The position numbers and the translations under genes were made by a program. A stretch of 64,000 nt of DNA from Candidatus Latescibacterota bacterium (GTDB taxonomy: Bacteria; Latescibacterota; UBA2968; UBA8231). This document shows, in pieces, positions 48,392-57,049 of this stretch. The stretch covers positions 160,001 through 224,000 of the forward strand of contig CBDETY010000003.1 of NCBI GenBank assembly GCA_965243025.1, given 5' to 3'. The notes below the pieces were generated by a model that was not told the origin of the DNA, did not search any database, and saw only the letters and a program-made list of their open reading frames with translations. Position 1 is the first letter of the stretch; every line of letters begins with the position of its first letter.

Positions 48392-51160
48392 ATGGTGGTT
48401 CCAAGACCTGGGGCAGAAACATCGCGACACCGGATCCGACCCCTGCGTGGATTTTTCCGCAGCACCGGGTTCGCCGCGGCATTGCTCGCCCTCGCCGCCG
48501 GCGCTGGCGCCGAACAGGTCTCCGTCCGACCCCGGAGCATCGACCTCGGGATCGTCGCGGTCGGAGTTCGCGTCGAGTCGAAGATCACCCTGGTCAACAA
48601 CGCGGATGAGGCCATCGAGGTAAGCCTTTCCGCAAACGAGCCCCTCTCCCTGCCGGTAGAGTCCCTGATCCTGGAGAAGGGGAGCGAGCGAGAGATCGGG
48701 ATCGCCTTCACGGCGGGGAAGCCGGGTCCCTACCGATCCGAGGTCGCCGTCGAGGTGGAGAAGCTGTTCGGCTCGGAGGGAATCGCGGTACCGGTCACTG
48801 CGACCGCGGCGCGCCCCGGACTGCTTCCCGATCCCCCGGCAATCGAGTTCGACTCCGTCGCCGTTGGCGCAACGGCGAGGCGCACACTTCTGCTGAACAA
48901 CAGCGGCCCCGTGCCGCTGCGGATCGACAGTATCTACCTCGCCGGCGGCACCGGGCCGTTCGCAATCCTCCTCCCCGACCGGCTCTCCCTGGAGCCGGGC
49001 GCATCCGGAGAGGTGACGCTGGAGTTCACCCCGCCCGCGGACGGCCGCCTGGTCGATCGCCTCATCGTATCAGCCCCGGAGGTCCCGGACAGGGTGGAGG
49101 TGGCAGTAAGCGGAGTGGGGTTGGCCGCGGCAGCGGCGGTCTCTCCGCTGCCGGAAGTCGGCCTGGATTTCGGCCGCCTCGAGACCGGCCGGAGGGGCAG
49201 CAGCACAGTCACGGTCCTCAACAATGGCCGCGCCCCCCTCGAGGTCTGGGGCCTCGAGCTTTCGGGAGAAAGCTTCTCTGTTTCTTCCGGCATGGATACG
49301 CTGAACCTGGAACCGGGTGGACGGGGCGGTATCGAGGTCGTCTATAACCCCGCCTTTCCGGGGGTATCGATGGGCACCCTCTCCCTGGCCACCAGCGACC
49401 CGGAGCGCCCCCGGATTTCGCTTCCACTGAAGGGCACCGCCTTCGTCAGTCCCCCGGAAATCGTCGTGGTGGGGGAGAGGGCGGTAGATTTGGGCCGGGT
49501 CGCCGTCGGCAAGACCTCGAGACACCCCCTGCTGATCTGGAACCGGGGAGGCAGCGCCTTCGCGGTCGCCGCGGAGGTGAAGGGGGAGGGGGAAGAGTTC
49601 CGGGTCGAGAGCAGCTCGTACCTGCTGCAGCCGGGCGCCAGCGCCAGCGTCGGCCTCAGCTTCAGCCCGCAGGCGACGGGCATCCGCGAGGGCGTGCTCG
49701 AGATCGGGACGGAAAAGGGGCCGACAGTCCTTTCCCTGACCGGGACGGGGAGCTACCTGGAGCTGAGCCCGAGAACGGCCGAGTTCGGACGCGTCCCGGT
49801 GGGAGAGGCCGGCAATGCCATCATCGATCTGACCAATGTCGGCAACGCCGATTTCACCGTTACCCGGGTGTTGTCGACGAGCCCCGATTTCACCGTGTAC
49901 ACGCAGGTTTCGGCCGACGGCGAATACGGACTGCCCGCCAACAGCCTGCGGTCGCTGCCCGTCAAGGTCACCTTCACGCCGACGCTTCGGGGCACGCGCA
50001 GCGGCACCCTGCGCCTCGAGGGGTACTGGGAGGAGGGGAGCGAGGCTTTCGACATCCTCCTCACCGGTACCGGCATCGCCGCGGAGATCGAGTTGCACCC
50101 CTCCGGGCCCATCGACTTCGGCTACGTGGTCGTGGGGGACACCGGGACGCGAACCCTGGTCGCCACCAATATCGGCGACACCGCCCTGCGGGTCGCCGCC
50201 AGCACCCTCAGCCGCGAGGCCTTCCTCGAACCTGCCTCTTTCTCGCTGCTGCCCGGGGAGTCGACCAGGCTGCAGGTTTCGTTCTCCCCAAGATCCCTCG
50301 GCGACCGGTTCGCGCAGATCCTCCTGGTGAGCAACGACGTGCGCGACAAGGCCCAGCCGGTCCCGCTGAAGGGCCACGGAGCGCTGCCTGCGGTCGACCT
50401 CACCCAGGTGTCCGCGGTGACGGCCTCGAGGGGCTCGCGGACGCGGTCCCTGTCCGTACCCTGGACCAGTACCCCGCTGGCCGTCGTCGAAGGCACCCGC
50501 ATCGATCTGGCTTTCGCAGTACCCGACTCCCTGAAGGCCGCCCTCACCGGCAGGCAGATGGAGGTGGAATGGGTCGAGCTTGACGAGGGGTACGGCCCGG
50601 TAGGCCCCTCGAAACGTCTCGAGGTCAACATCTACGACGACGACCAGAGTCTCGTGCCTGTCGACGCCCTCAACCTGCGCCTGGAGGAAGCGGGAATGAA
50701 GCGGGTCCGACTCAAGATCACGACGCGCAGCCATCCAGGGGGCGCTCCGCAGGCGATATCGCAGGTTTTCGAGGTGGGGGGCTGGAAGTGGGAGTTCGAA
50801 GCGAAACCCCTGGTCTCCTTCCTGACGATCCGCCCGGGCCGCGACTACACCGGCGCCGACGGCAGCAAGGTGAAGGGAGAGACCGAAAGACTGATCGGGC
50901 TGCCTGGAATCGCCTTCGCGGGCTGGCACAACCCGGACAACGCGTCGCTGTCCGGAATCCACCTGACCGCCATCGGGAACGTGCTGGAGGCGCTTTCGAC
51001 GGACAACGCCATTGCCGTCACCCTCGGACTCGCCCTGTCCGCCTACAAGGACCGGCTCCTCTTCGGGTTCGGATGGGATATCTACGATTCACGGCCCAGG
51101 GCAAAGCGAATGGGGACCCAGGACTACATCATGACGATCAAGTATTCCGGATTGTTCTAG
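48392..51160 (+). CDS. Secreted protein with about 6 tandem ASH/choice-of-anchor-D Ig-like repeats and a putative C-terminal membrane beta-domain
   Basis: Repeats of P..(L/I)DFG.V..G......L.N.G...L.......L.PG......V.F.P....L.G.G; ends IMTIKYSGLF. Confidence 0.78.
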   Translation: MVVPRPGAETSRHRIRPLRGFFRSTGFAAALLALAAGAGAEQVSVRPRSIDLGIVAVGVRVESKITLVNNADEAIEVSLSANEPLSLPVESLILEKGSEREIGIAFTAGKPGPYRSEVAVEVEKLFGSEGIAVPVTATAARPGLLPDPPAIEFDSVAVGATARRTLLLNNSGPVPLRIDSIYLAGGTGPFAILLPDRLSLEPGASGEVTLEFTPPADGRLVDRLIVSAPEVPDRVEVAVSGVGLAAAAAVSPLPEVGLDFGRLETGRRGSSTVTVLNNGRAPLEVWGLELSGESFSVSSGMDTLNLEPGGRGGIEVVYNPAFPGVSMGTLSLATSDPERPRISLPLKGTAFVSPPEIVVVGERAVDLGRVAVGKTSRHPLLIWNRGGSAFAVAAEVKGEGEEFRVESSSYLLQPGASASVGLSFSPQATGIREGVLEIGTEKGPTVLSLTGTGSYLELSPRTAEFGRVPVGEAGNAIIDLTNVGNADFTVTRVLSTSPDFTVYTQVSADGEYGLPANSLRSLPVKVTFTPTLRGTRSGTLRLEGYWEEGSEAFDILLTGTGIAAEIELHPSGPIDFGYVVVGDTGTRTLVATNIGDTALRVAASTLSREAFLEPASFSLLPGESTRLQVSFSPRSLGDRFAQILLVSNDVRDKAQPVPLKGHGALPAVDLTQVSAVTASRGSRTRSLSVPWTSTPLAVVEGTRIDLAFAVPDSLKAALTGRQMEVEWVELDEGYGPVGPSKRLEVNIYDDDQSLVPVDALNLRLEEAGMKRVRLKITTRSHPGGAPQAISQVFEVGGWKWEFEAKPLVSFLTIRPGRDYTGADGSKVKGETERLIGLPGIAFAGWHNPDNASLSGIHLTAIGNVLEALSTDNAIAVTLGLALSAYKDRLLFGFGWDIYDSRPRAKRMGTQDYIMTIKYSGLF

Positions 51161-51324
51161 TGCCCCGTCGCAGAAATATCTCGACATTGGGACGCCGATC
51201 CATCCCGGCTCACGGCGTTGCCTTCGCTCGCCGTACACCCTCGGTACGACTCGCTCAGGCGCCTTGTGAGCCGGGCGCCTCGGCATCCCAATTTTGTCAA
51301 TCTATCTCTGCGACGGGACACTAG
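51157..51324. mobile_element. 168-bp MITE-like palindromic element, copy 1
   Basis: CTAG at both ends, ~22-bp imperfect terminal inverted repeats CTAGTGYCCCGTCGCAGARATA; differs from the reverse complement of 61122-61289 at 2 positions. Confidence 0.85.
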
Positions 51325-51351
51325 CCCCCAAGGTTTCTTCCAAAAAGATCC

Positions 51352-51380
51352 TTGACATCTGAAACCATGTGCACTAAGAT
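51352..51380 (+). promoter_or_regulatory. Sigma-70 promoter overlapped by two ATGTGCACT repeats
   Basis: TTGACA-17 nt-TAAGAT; ATGTGCACT on each side of the -10 box. Confidence 0.65.
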
Positions 51381-51650
51381 ACATATGTGCACTGCGTGGA
51401 ACATACAATTTGCAAGGCTGCCCTTATCGCCGACGGCTGCGCGCGGGGGCTGACCGCGATCGGGTCGCTTTATCTCGCCACCCGTATCGGCATGGGGCTG
51501 CTCGGGGCCTGAGCCTCCCCGCACCCGTTTAAAGGGCCGGGGCGGGTACTCCCAAATCGTCCGTAAATATCTTTTTCTGTTTGACTTTATGGGCGAGTTC
51601 GGCTTGATTTGTAGCCATCCCCGAAGCATTGATTTCAATCCCCTGATACT

Positions 51651-52094
51651 GTGCGGGACAAAGCGTTGTGGCTCCTGGGAAGCCTTGCGGGGGCCTTTCT
51701 TCTGGCGGCCTCCATCTGGCCGCGATTCCAGGTCGAGGAAGCGGCAGAGCCGGTGGTTCCGATCCCGGAACCGCCCCAGGCCGCGCCGGTTCCCGTCCTG
51801 TTCACTAGAGTTTCGATCCTGAACGGCTGCGGAGATCCCGGCGTAGCCGCCCGCATGAGGGAAAAGGCTCAGTCACTGGGCCTCGACGTAATCGAAGAGG
51901 GGAACGCCGACAGTTTCGGCTATCTCGAAACGATCGTCATCGATCGCGTCGGAGACATCGAAAAAGCCCGGCAGGTCGCCTCGTTGCTCGGAATTCCCAA
52001 CTACATACAGCAAATCAGCAACGACGACTACCGCCTCGAGAATATCCGCATTATCGTTGGCAAGGATTACAGAAAACTCCAACTGTTGGAGTAG
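51651..52094 (+). CDS. Membrane-anchored LytR C-terminal domain protein
   Basis: N-terminal TM; VSILNGCGDPGVA, GNAD, IIVGKD; a common neighbour of rsfS. Confidence 0.8.
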   Translation: MRDKALWLLGSLAGAFLLAASIWPRFQVEEAAEPVVPIPEPPQAAPVPVLFTRVSILNGCGDPGVAARMREKAQSLGLDVIEEGNADSFGYLETIVIDRVGDIEKARQVASLLGIPNYIQQISNDDYRLENIRIIVGKDYRKLQLLE

Positions 52095-52123
52095 ACCAGA
52101 GGACCGGACAGCTGGATTCGCGC

Positions 52124-52537
52124 TTGGACTGCCCCTCCGATCCGTTGTTACAGGACCCAAGGCTGCCGCTCATCGCCGGAATTCTGCAGGAGAAGAAGGC
52201 GGAGGACATCCTGGCCCTGGACCTGCGGCAGGTCAGCGATGCCGCCGACTGTTTCATCATCTGCAGTGCTCCCTCGGATCCCCACGTCAAGGGCATCGTC
52301 ACCGCCCTGGTCGAGTCCCTGAGGGCGGCCGGTCACAGACCCTGGCACGTCGAGGGGATGGAGCAACGCCGCTGGGTCCTGATCGATCTGGTGGATATAG
52401 TGGTGCACGTTTTCCTTCCGCAGGCCCGGGAGTATTACGGCTTGGAGCGCCTTTGGGGAGACGCCGAGCCGATGGCACTGAGAGAACCGGAATCGCCGCA
52501 CGGGACAGCTTCGTCCGGGGTGGTCAGGACGACGTGA
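52124..52537 (+). CDS. rsfS: Ribosome silencing factor
   Basis: EKKAEDI..LDL, FIICSA, WVLIDL.DIVVHVF...REYY.LERLWGDA. Confidence 0.92.
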   Translation: MDCPSDPLLQDPRLPLIAGILQEKKAEDILALDLRQVSDAADCFIICSAPSDPHVKGIVTALVESLRAAGHRPWHVEGMEQRRWVLIDLVDIVVHVFLPQAREYYGLERLWGDAEPMALREPESPHGTASSGVVRTT

Positions 52538-53619
52538 GGATCGAAACGATCGAGTGGATCGAGCCGGGGAAGGGAAGACAGCCCGTCCTGCGCCTGCTGG
52601 ATCAGACCCGGTTGCCCGCCGAGGTGGTCTACGTCGATTGTACGGATGCCGAAACGGTCGCCCGAAGCATCGAAATTCTCAGGGTTCGGGGAGCCCCCGC
52701 CATCGGCGTCGCCGCGGCATACGGCGTCGCGCTGGCGGCCCGCAATTCCATCGGAGAAGCGGATTTCCAGGCGCGGGTCGAAGGGGCCCTGGATCGGCTC
52801 GCCGGCACGAGGCCGACCGCTGTCAACCTGTTCTGGGCGCTGCGCCGGATGCGCGAGACGATGACGGCATGCCCGGTTCGGGGACCTTTGGACGAGGAGC
52901 GGCTGGCGGGCGAGCTGCTGGCGACAGCTCACCGCATCCGCGAGGCGGACCGCGAGGTCTGCCGGCGCATCGGGGAGCACGGGGCCGGCCTGTTGTCCGA
53001 CGGCGACAAGGTCCTGACGCACTGCAACGCCGGATCCCTGGCGACGGCAGGCTGCGGCACCGCGCTCGGAGTCGTGTACGGGGCGGTGCGGCAGGGCAAG
53101 AGGGTGCGCGTTTTTGCCGACGAGACCCGGCCGTTGCTGCAGGGTTCGAGGCTGACGGCATGGGAGCTGATGCAGAACGGAATCGACGTAACCGTGATCT
53201 GTGACGGGGCCGCCGCGGCGGTCATGAGAACCGAAGGGATTTCCAGCGTCATCGTAGGCGCCGACCGCGTCGCAGCCAACGGCGATGTCGCCAACAAGAT
53301 CGGAACCTACGGACTGGCGGTGCTGGCGCGCGAGCACGGCATTCCCTTCTGCGTTGCCGCCCCGATGTCGACCGTCGATTTCCAGCTGGCCTCGGGAGCG
53401 GAAATCCCCATCGAGGAGCGGTCCCCGGAAGAGGTTAGCGGGGGCCCGGGAGCGGCCGGGACCCCACCGGGAGTCGGGATCCTCAACCCCGCATTCGATG
53501 TGACGCCCCATCGCCTCATCGACGCCATCATCACCGAGCACGGGGTGGCGAGATCCTCTTTCGATGCCGCTTTGAGCACTTGGAACCGAGAGCATGAAGA
53601 GCGGTTGCAGCGGGCTTAG
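52534..53619 (+). CDS. mtnA: S-methyl-5-thioribose-1-phosphate isomerase
   Basis: LLDQTRLP, VRGAPAIG, RPTAVNL, THCNAGSLAT, ETRPLLQG, GADRV..NGD.ANKIGT, NPAFDVTP. Confidence 0.94.
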   Translation: MRIETIEWIEPGKGRQPVLRLLDQTRLPAEVVYVDCTDAETVARSIEILRVRGAPAIGVAAAYGVALAARNSIGEADFQARVEGALDRLAGTRPTAVNLFWALRRMRETMTACPVRGPLDEERLAGELLATAHRIREADREVCRRIGEHGAGLLSDGDKVLTHCNAGSLATAGCGTALGVVYGAVRQGKRVRVFADETRPLLQGSRLTAWELMQNGIDVTVICDGAAAAVMRTEGISSVIVGADRVAANGDVANKIGTYGLAVLAREHGIPFCVAAPMSTVDFQLASGAEIPIEERSPEEVSGGPGAAGTPPGVGILNPAFDVTPHRLIDAIITEHGVARSSFDAALSTWNREHEERLQRA

Positions 53620-54511
53620 AACCTCATTCCTTCGCCTCCATCCGGCGGGGCTGTTGCTCTTGGCCGTTTCCGGCAGCAGCTGTGCAGGTCCGGCGAAACA
53701 GGCGGCTCAACCCGCCCCTCCTGACACCGACGGCGCTCCCCGGCTCGTCGAGGAGTTCGATCCGCGGTCGGTGCGGGAGGACCTGCTGTTGATCGAGCCC
53801 TCGTTTGCCCCGCCGTCCCGGCGAACCGCGGCAGCCGCAGCGGAGTCGTCGGCGCGGGAGGGCAGGCCGGTCCGGACTCCCATCCGGGAACCTGCCGGAA
53901 GCGGCAGCGCGGCCCGGGAAAGGCAGGGGGCCTACCAGGTCCAGGTCGTGGCCTTGAGTAGTGAAACCGCGGCCTTACAGCTTGCCGAATCGCTTGAGCG
54001 GCAACTGGGGGTGGGGGTAACCGTCATTCCTCACAACCGCCTGCATGCTGTCAGGGCAGGTCGATTCACCGGCCCTGACCCTGCCCGTGCGCTGCAGGCG
54101 CGAATTTCAGAGATGAGGAGCGACTTCGCCGACGCTTTCGTCGTCCGCGAAGATGCCCATGTGAAGGTGGAAACATCGACCGCAAGCCCTGCACCCGGAT
54201 TCGAACCGGAACGGGGTCTCCCCGAGCCGGCGGATGCGGGAGGGGTGCGGGCCCCGGGCTGGAGGGTCCTCATCGACCAGTTTCTCGACCTGACGGATGC
54301 CGAGGAGTTCCGCCGCAAGGCTGTGGAACGGCTCGACCGGGAGGATGTGGAAATCAACTTCCACGAGCCCTGGTACAAGGTCGAAGTCGGCCAGTTCAGG
54401 GCCGGAGAGGAGGCCGCGGCGCAGGAGCTCGTGGCGTCGGTCAAGAGGCGGGGCTTCCCCCACGCCCTGAAGGTGCGGGGCGAAGTGACGGTTCCGAAGG
54501 AGAACCAATGA
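53594..54511 (+). CDS. SPOR-domain lipoprotein (two SPOR domains)
   Basis: Lipoprotein-like N-terminus (GSSC); YQVQVVAL...VRAGRF and YKVEVGQF...GFPHA. Confidence 0.72.
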   Translation: MKSGCSGLRTSFLRLHPAGLLLLAVSGSSCAGPAKQAAQPAPPDTDGAPRLVEEFDPRSVREDLLLIEPSFAPPSRRTAAAAAESSAREGRPVRTPIREPAGSGSAARERQGAYQVQVVALSSETAALQLAESLERQLGVGVTVIPHNRLHAVRAGRFTGPDPARALQARISEMRSDFADAFVVREDAHVKVETSTASPAPGFEPERGLPEPADAGGVRAPGWRVLIDQFLDLTDAEEFRRKAVERLDREDVEINFHEPWYKVEVGQFRAGEEAAAQELVASVKRRGFPHALKVRGEVTVPKENQ

Positions 54512-56541
54512 TCGCAGCCGTGCGAATGATCCCGGTGTTCCTGGTCGCGCACCTGGCCGCGTGCGCCCCCAAGTGGGTGGTCCACGACGATCCCGGGCCC
54601 GTTGCCGAGCCTGCCGACTCCGCGTATGCAGATCTTTCGCTCGAGCGCGAGCGGGAGCGGCTGCTCCTGCAAGCCCGGTGGCGTCATCTTCGCGCCCTGG
54701 AAGAGATCGCCGCCAAGCGGTTCGAGTTGGCTCAAAGGGAGCTCGACAAGGCGTTTTTCACTCTCACGTCCCTGCAGCAGGAGGAGGAGGGCGAAGAAGC
54801 GCGGGGAACCCCCTCAGGCGAGCTTCCACCGGCTGCCCCGGTCCCGGTCCGGTATTCCGGGCCGGCGCCGTATGCCGAGGATGTCGACAGCCTCGCGGCC
54901 GCGGTGGAGCGCACCTACCTGACGCTGGTCCCCCACCTCGAGACTCTGTCCCCAGACAGCCCGGTATCGATACTGCTGCAGGGATTGCCCGAAGAGCGCA
55001 TCGAGGACCTTCCACCCGACGCCAGCCAGATGGTCCGCATCCACAAGGTCACGCCCCGGTGCGACATTCCGATCGACTACAACCCGCGGGTTGCGGCAAG
55101 CATCCATTTTTTCCAGACCAAGGGCCGCAAAAGCTACGCCAGCTGGATGCGCCGCTCGGGCCGGTACCGCGACATGATTCTCGACATCCTGAGCAGCGAG
55201 GGACTTCCCCTCGACTTCTTCTATCTCGCCATGATCGAGAGCGGCTTCAACCCGCGCGCCTATTCCAGGGCCAAGGCGGTGGGGTTGTGGCAGTTCATGC
55301 TCGGGACCGGACGCCTCTACGGCCTTGACCGGACCCACTGGGTCGACGAGCGCCGCGATCCGGAGAAGGCAACGCGCGCCGCCGCCCGCCACTTGAAGGA
55401 CTTGTACGGGCAATTCGGAGACTGGCGGCTGGCCGCGGCGGCCTACAATTCCGGAAAGGGGCGCGTTTCGCGGGCGATCGCAAAGGCTGGCAGCCGCGAT
55501 TTCTGGGAGTTGAAGCTGCCGAGGGAGACGCGCAACTACGTGCCGCTGCTGATGGCGGCGACGCTCATCTCCAAGAACCCGCGGCTTTTCGGGCTGGAGC
55601 ATCCCCCCCCCGAGACCCCTGCCGACGTCGAGCAGGTGCGGCTCTCGGAACAGATGCACCTGCCGACGGCGGCGCGCCTCTTGGGAATCGACTACCAGAG
55701 GCTCCGGGACCTCAACCCGGAGCTTCGGCGTCAGTGGACGCCACCCGGGAAACAGTATTCCCTCCGGGTACCGGCCGGGAGCGGTTCCTCCTGGCTGAGG
55801 GCCTACGCCCGGCTCCCCGAATCGAAAAAACCCGGGGTCGACCGGTACGTAGTTCGCCGCGGGGACAGCATTTCGTCGATAGCAGCCGCCTTTGGGGTCG
55901 GCATTCGCGCCATCGCCGAAGCCAACGGGTTGCGAAATCCCAACCTCATCCACCCCGGACAGAGCCTGTTCATCCCCGTGCCCTCCAAGACCGCACGCCT
56001 GCGCGCCACGGCAAACCCGGGCGGCTCGCGCGGGGGCCAGACCATTCACACGGTTCGTCGGGGAGAATCGTTGAGCGCAGTGGCGCGTCGGTACAGGGTC
56101 GTTGTGGCCGACTTGAAACGCTGGAACGGGCTGCGAGGCGACCTGATCCGGCCGGGAGACAAACTGCGGCTCGAGATTCCGGCTTCGACGAGCCCTCCCC
56201 AGACCCTGTCCCAGCTGTCGACCCGGGGAAAAACGGTGCACCGCGTCCAGCCAGGGGAAACCTTGTGGGGGCTGTCGCGGCGCTACCGTATCGATCTGGA
56301 CGACCTGATTGCCTGGAACGGGCTCACCGACTCGACGATCAGGCCGGGGCGGGATCTTGTCGTCGGGTCGCCAGAGGATGGCGGCTTCGACCTCTACACC
56401 GTCATCAGCGGAGACACCCTCCACAGCATTGCGCGCCGCTTCGGCACCGACGCGCGTGCCATTGCCCGCGACAACAACATGAGCCAGTCGACGACGCTTC
56501 TCACGGGGATGACGCTCAGGGTTCCATCGCAAGTGGACTGA
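54508..56541 (+). CDS. mltD: MltD-like lytic murein transglycosylase with 4 LysM domains
   Basis: LAAC lipobox; AMIESGF, AVGLWQFM, DERRDP, AAYNSG, ETRNYV; LysM repeats. Confidence 0.88.
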   Translation: MIAAVRMIPVFLVAHLAACAPKWVVHDDPGPVAEPADSAYADLSLERERERLLLQARWRHLRALEEIAAKRFELAQRELDKAFFTLTSLQQEEEGEEARGTPSGELPPAAPVPVRYSGPAPYAEDVDSLAAAVERTYLTLVPHLETLSPDSPVSILLQGLPEERIEDLPPDASQMVRIHKVTPRCDIPIDYNPRVAASIHFFQTKGRKSYASWMRRSGRYRDMILDILSSEGLPLDFFYLAMIESGFNPRAYSRAKAVGLWQFMLGTGRLYGLDRTHWVDERRDPEKATRAAARHLKDLYGQFGDWRLAAAAYNSGKGRVSRAIAKAGSRDFWELKLPRETRNYVPLLMAATLISKNPRLFGLEHPPPETPADVEQVRLSEQMHLPTAARLLGIDYQRLRDLNPELRRQWTPPGKQYSLRVPAGSGSSWLRAYARLPESKKPGVDRYVVRRGDSISSIAAAFGVGIRAIAEANGLRNPNLIHPGQSLFIPVPSKTARLRATANPGGSRGGQTIHTVRRGESLSAVARRYRVVVADLKRWNGLRGDLIRPGDKLRLEIPASTSPPQTLSQLSTRGKTVHRVQPGETLWGLSRRYRIDLDDLIAWNGLTDSTIRPGRDLVVGSPEDGGFDLYTVISGDTLHSIARRFGTDARAIARDNNMSQSTTLLTGMTLRVPSQVD

Positions 56542-56548
56542 CGTCGCT

Positions 56549-57031
56549 GTGCTCGACCTGGTACGGCAGATCCTGTTCCTGTGCCTGGCGTTCGTGGTAC
56601 AGACGACATGGCTTCACCACCTCCGCATTTTCGAGGTGTTTCCCGACGCCGTCCTCCTTGTTATCGTCTTCATAGCCCTCCGGTCGGGAGCGGTCAGGGC
56701 GACCCTCCTCGCTTTCGGTGCCGGCTTCGTGCAGGATACTTATCTTCCGGCGGAGCTGGGGTTGAACGCCTTGGCCAAGTCGGTCACAGCCTTTGCCGTC
56801 GCCACCTTTCGGGGCCGCGTTCTGGCGGATGCTCCGCGAGTTCAGGTGATGGTCATCTGCGCTGCCGTCCTCGTGCATGATCTGATTTTCTACGCTGCCC
56901 ACGGCGGGGTCCCCTTGTTCGAGAAGCCGTATTTCTGGCTGCGTTACGGACCGGGCCGGGCACTCTACACCGGCATCGCCGCCGCCCTCGTGGTGTTTCC
57001 TCTGCGGGTGCTCCGGCGCCTCCCCCTGTAA
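56549..57031 (+). CDS. mreD: Rod shape-determining protein MreD
   Basis: Hydrophobic; PD.VLL, AFGAGFVQD, LGLNAL; directly upstream of mrdA. Confidence 0.85.
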   Translation: MLDLVRQILFLCLAFVVQTTWLHHLRIFEVFPDAVLLVIVFIALRSGAVRATLLAFGAGFVQDTYLPAELGLNALAKSVTAFAVATFRGRVLADAPRVQVMVICAAVLVHDLIFYAAHGGVPLFEKPYFWLRYGPGRALYTGIAAALVVFPLRVLRRLPL

Positions 57032-57049
57032 TTCCAGGCTGAAGCTGCA

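Noticed and set aside
42598-51324. Genomic island integrated at tRNA-Leu
   Set aside because: No integrase, no duplicated tRNA 3' end seen and no obvious composition shift.
51157-51324. CRISPR array or small ORFs within the 168-bp repeats
   Set aside because: Only two dispersed copies, no repeat-spacer periodicity and no cas genes; ORFs crossing the element look like by-products of its sequence.
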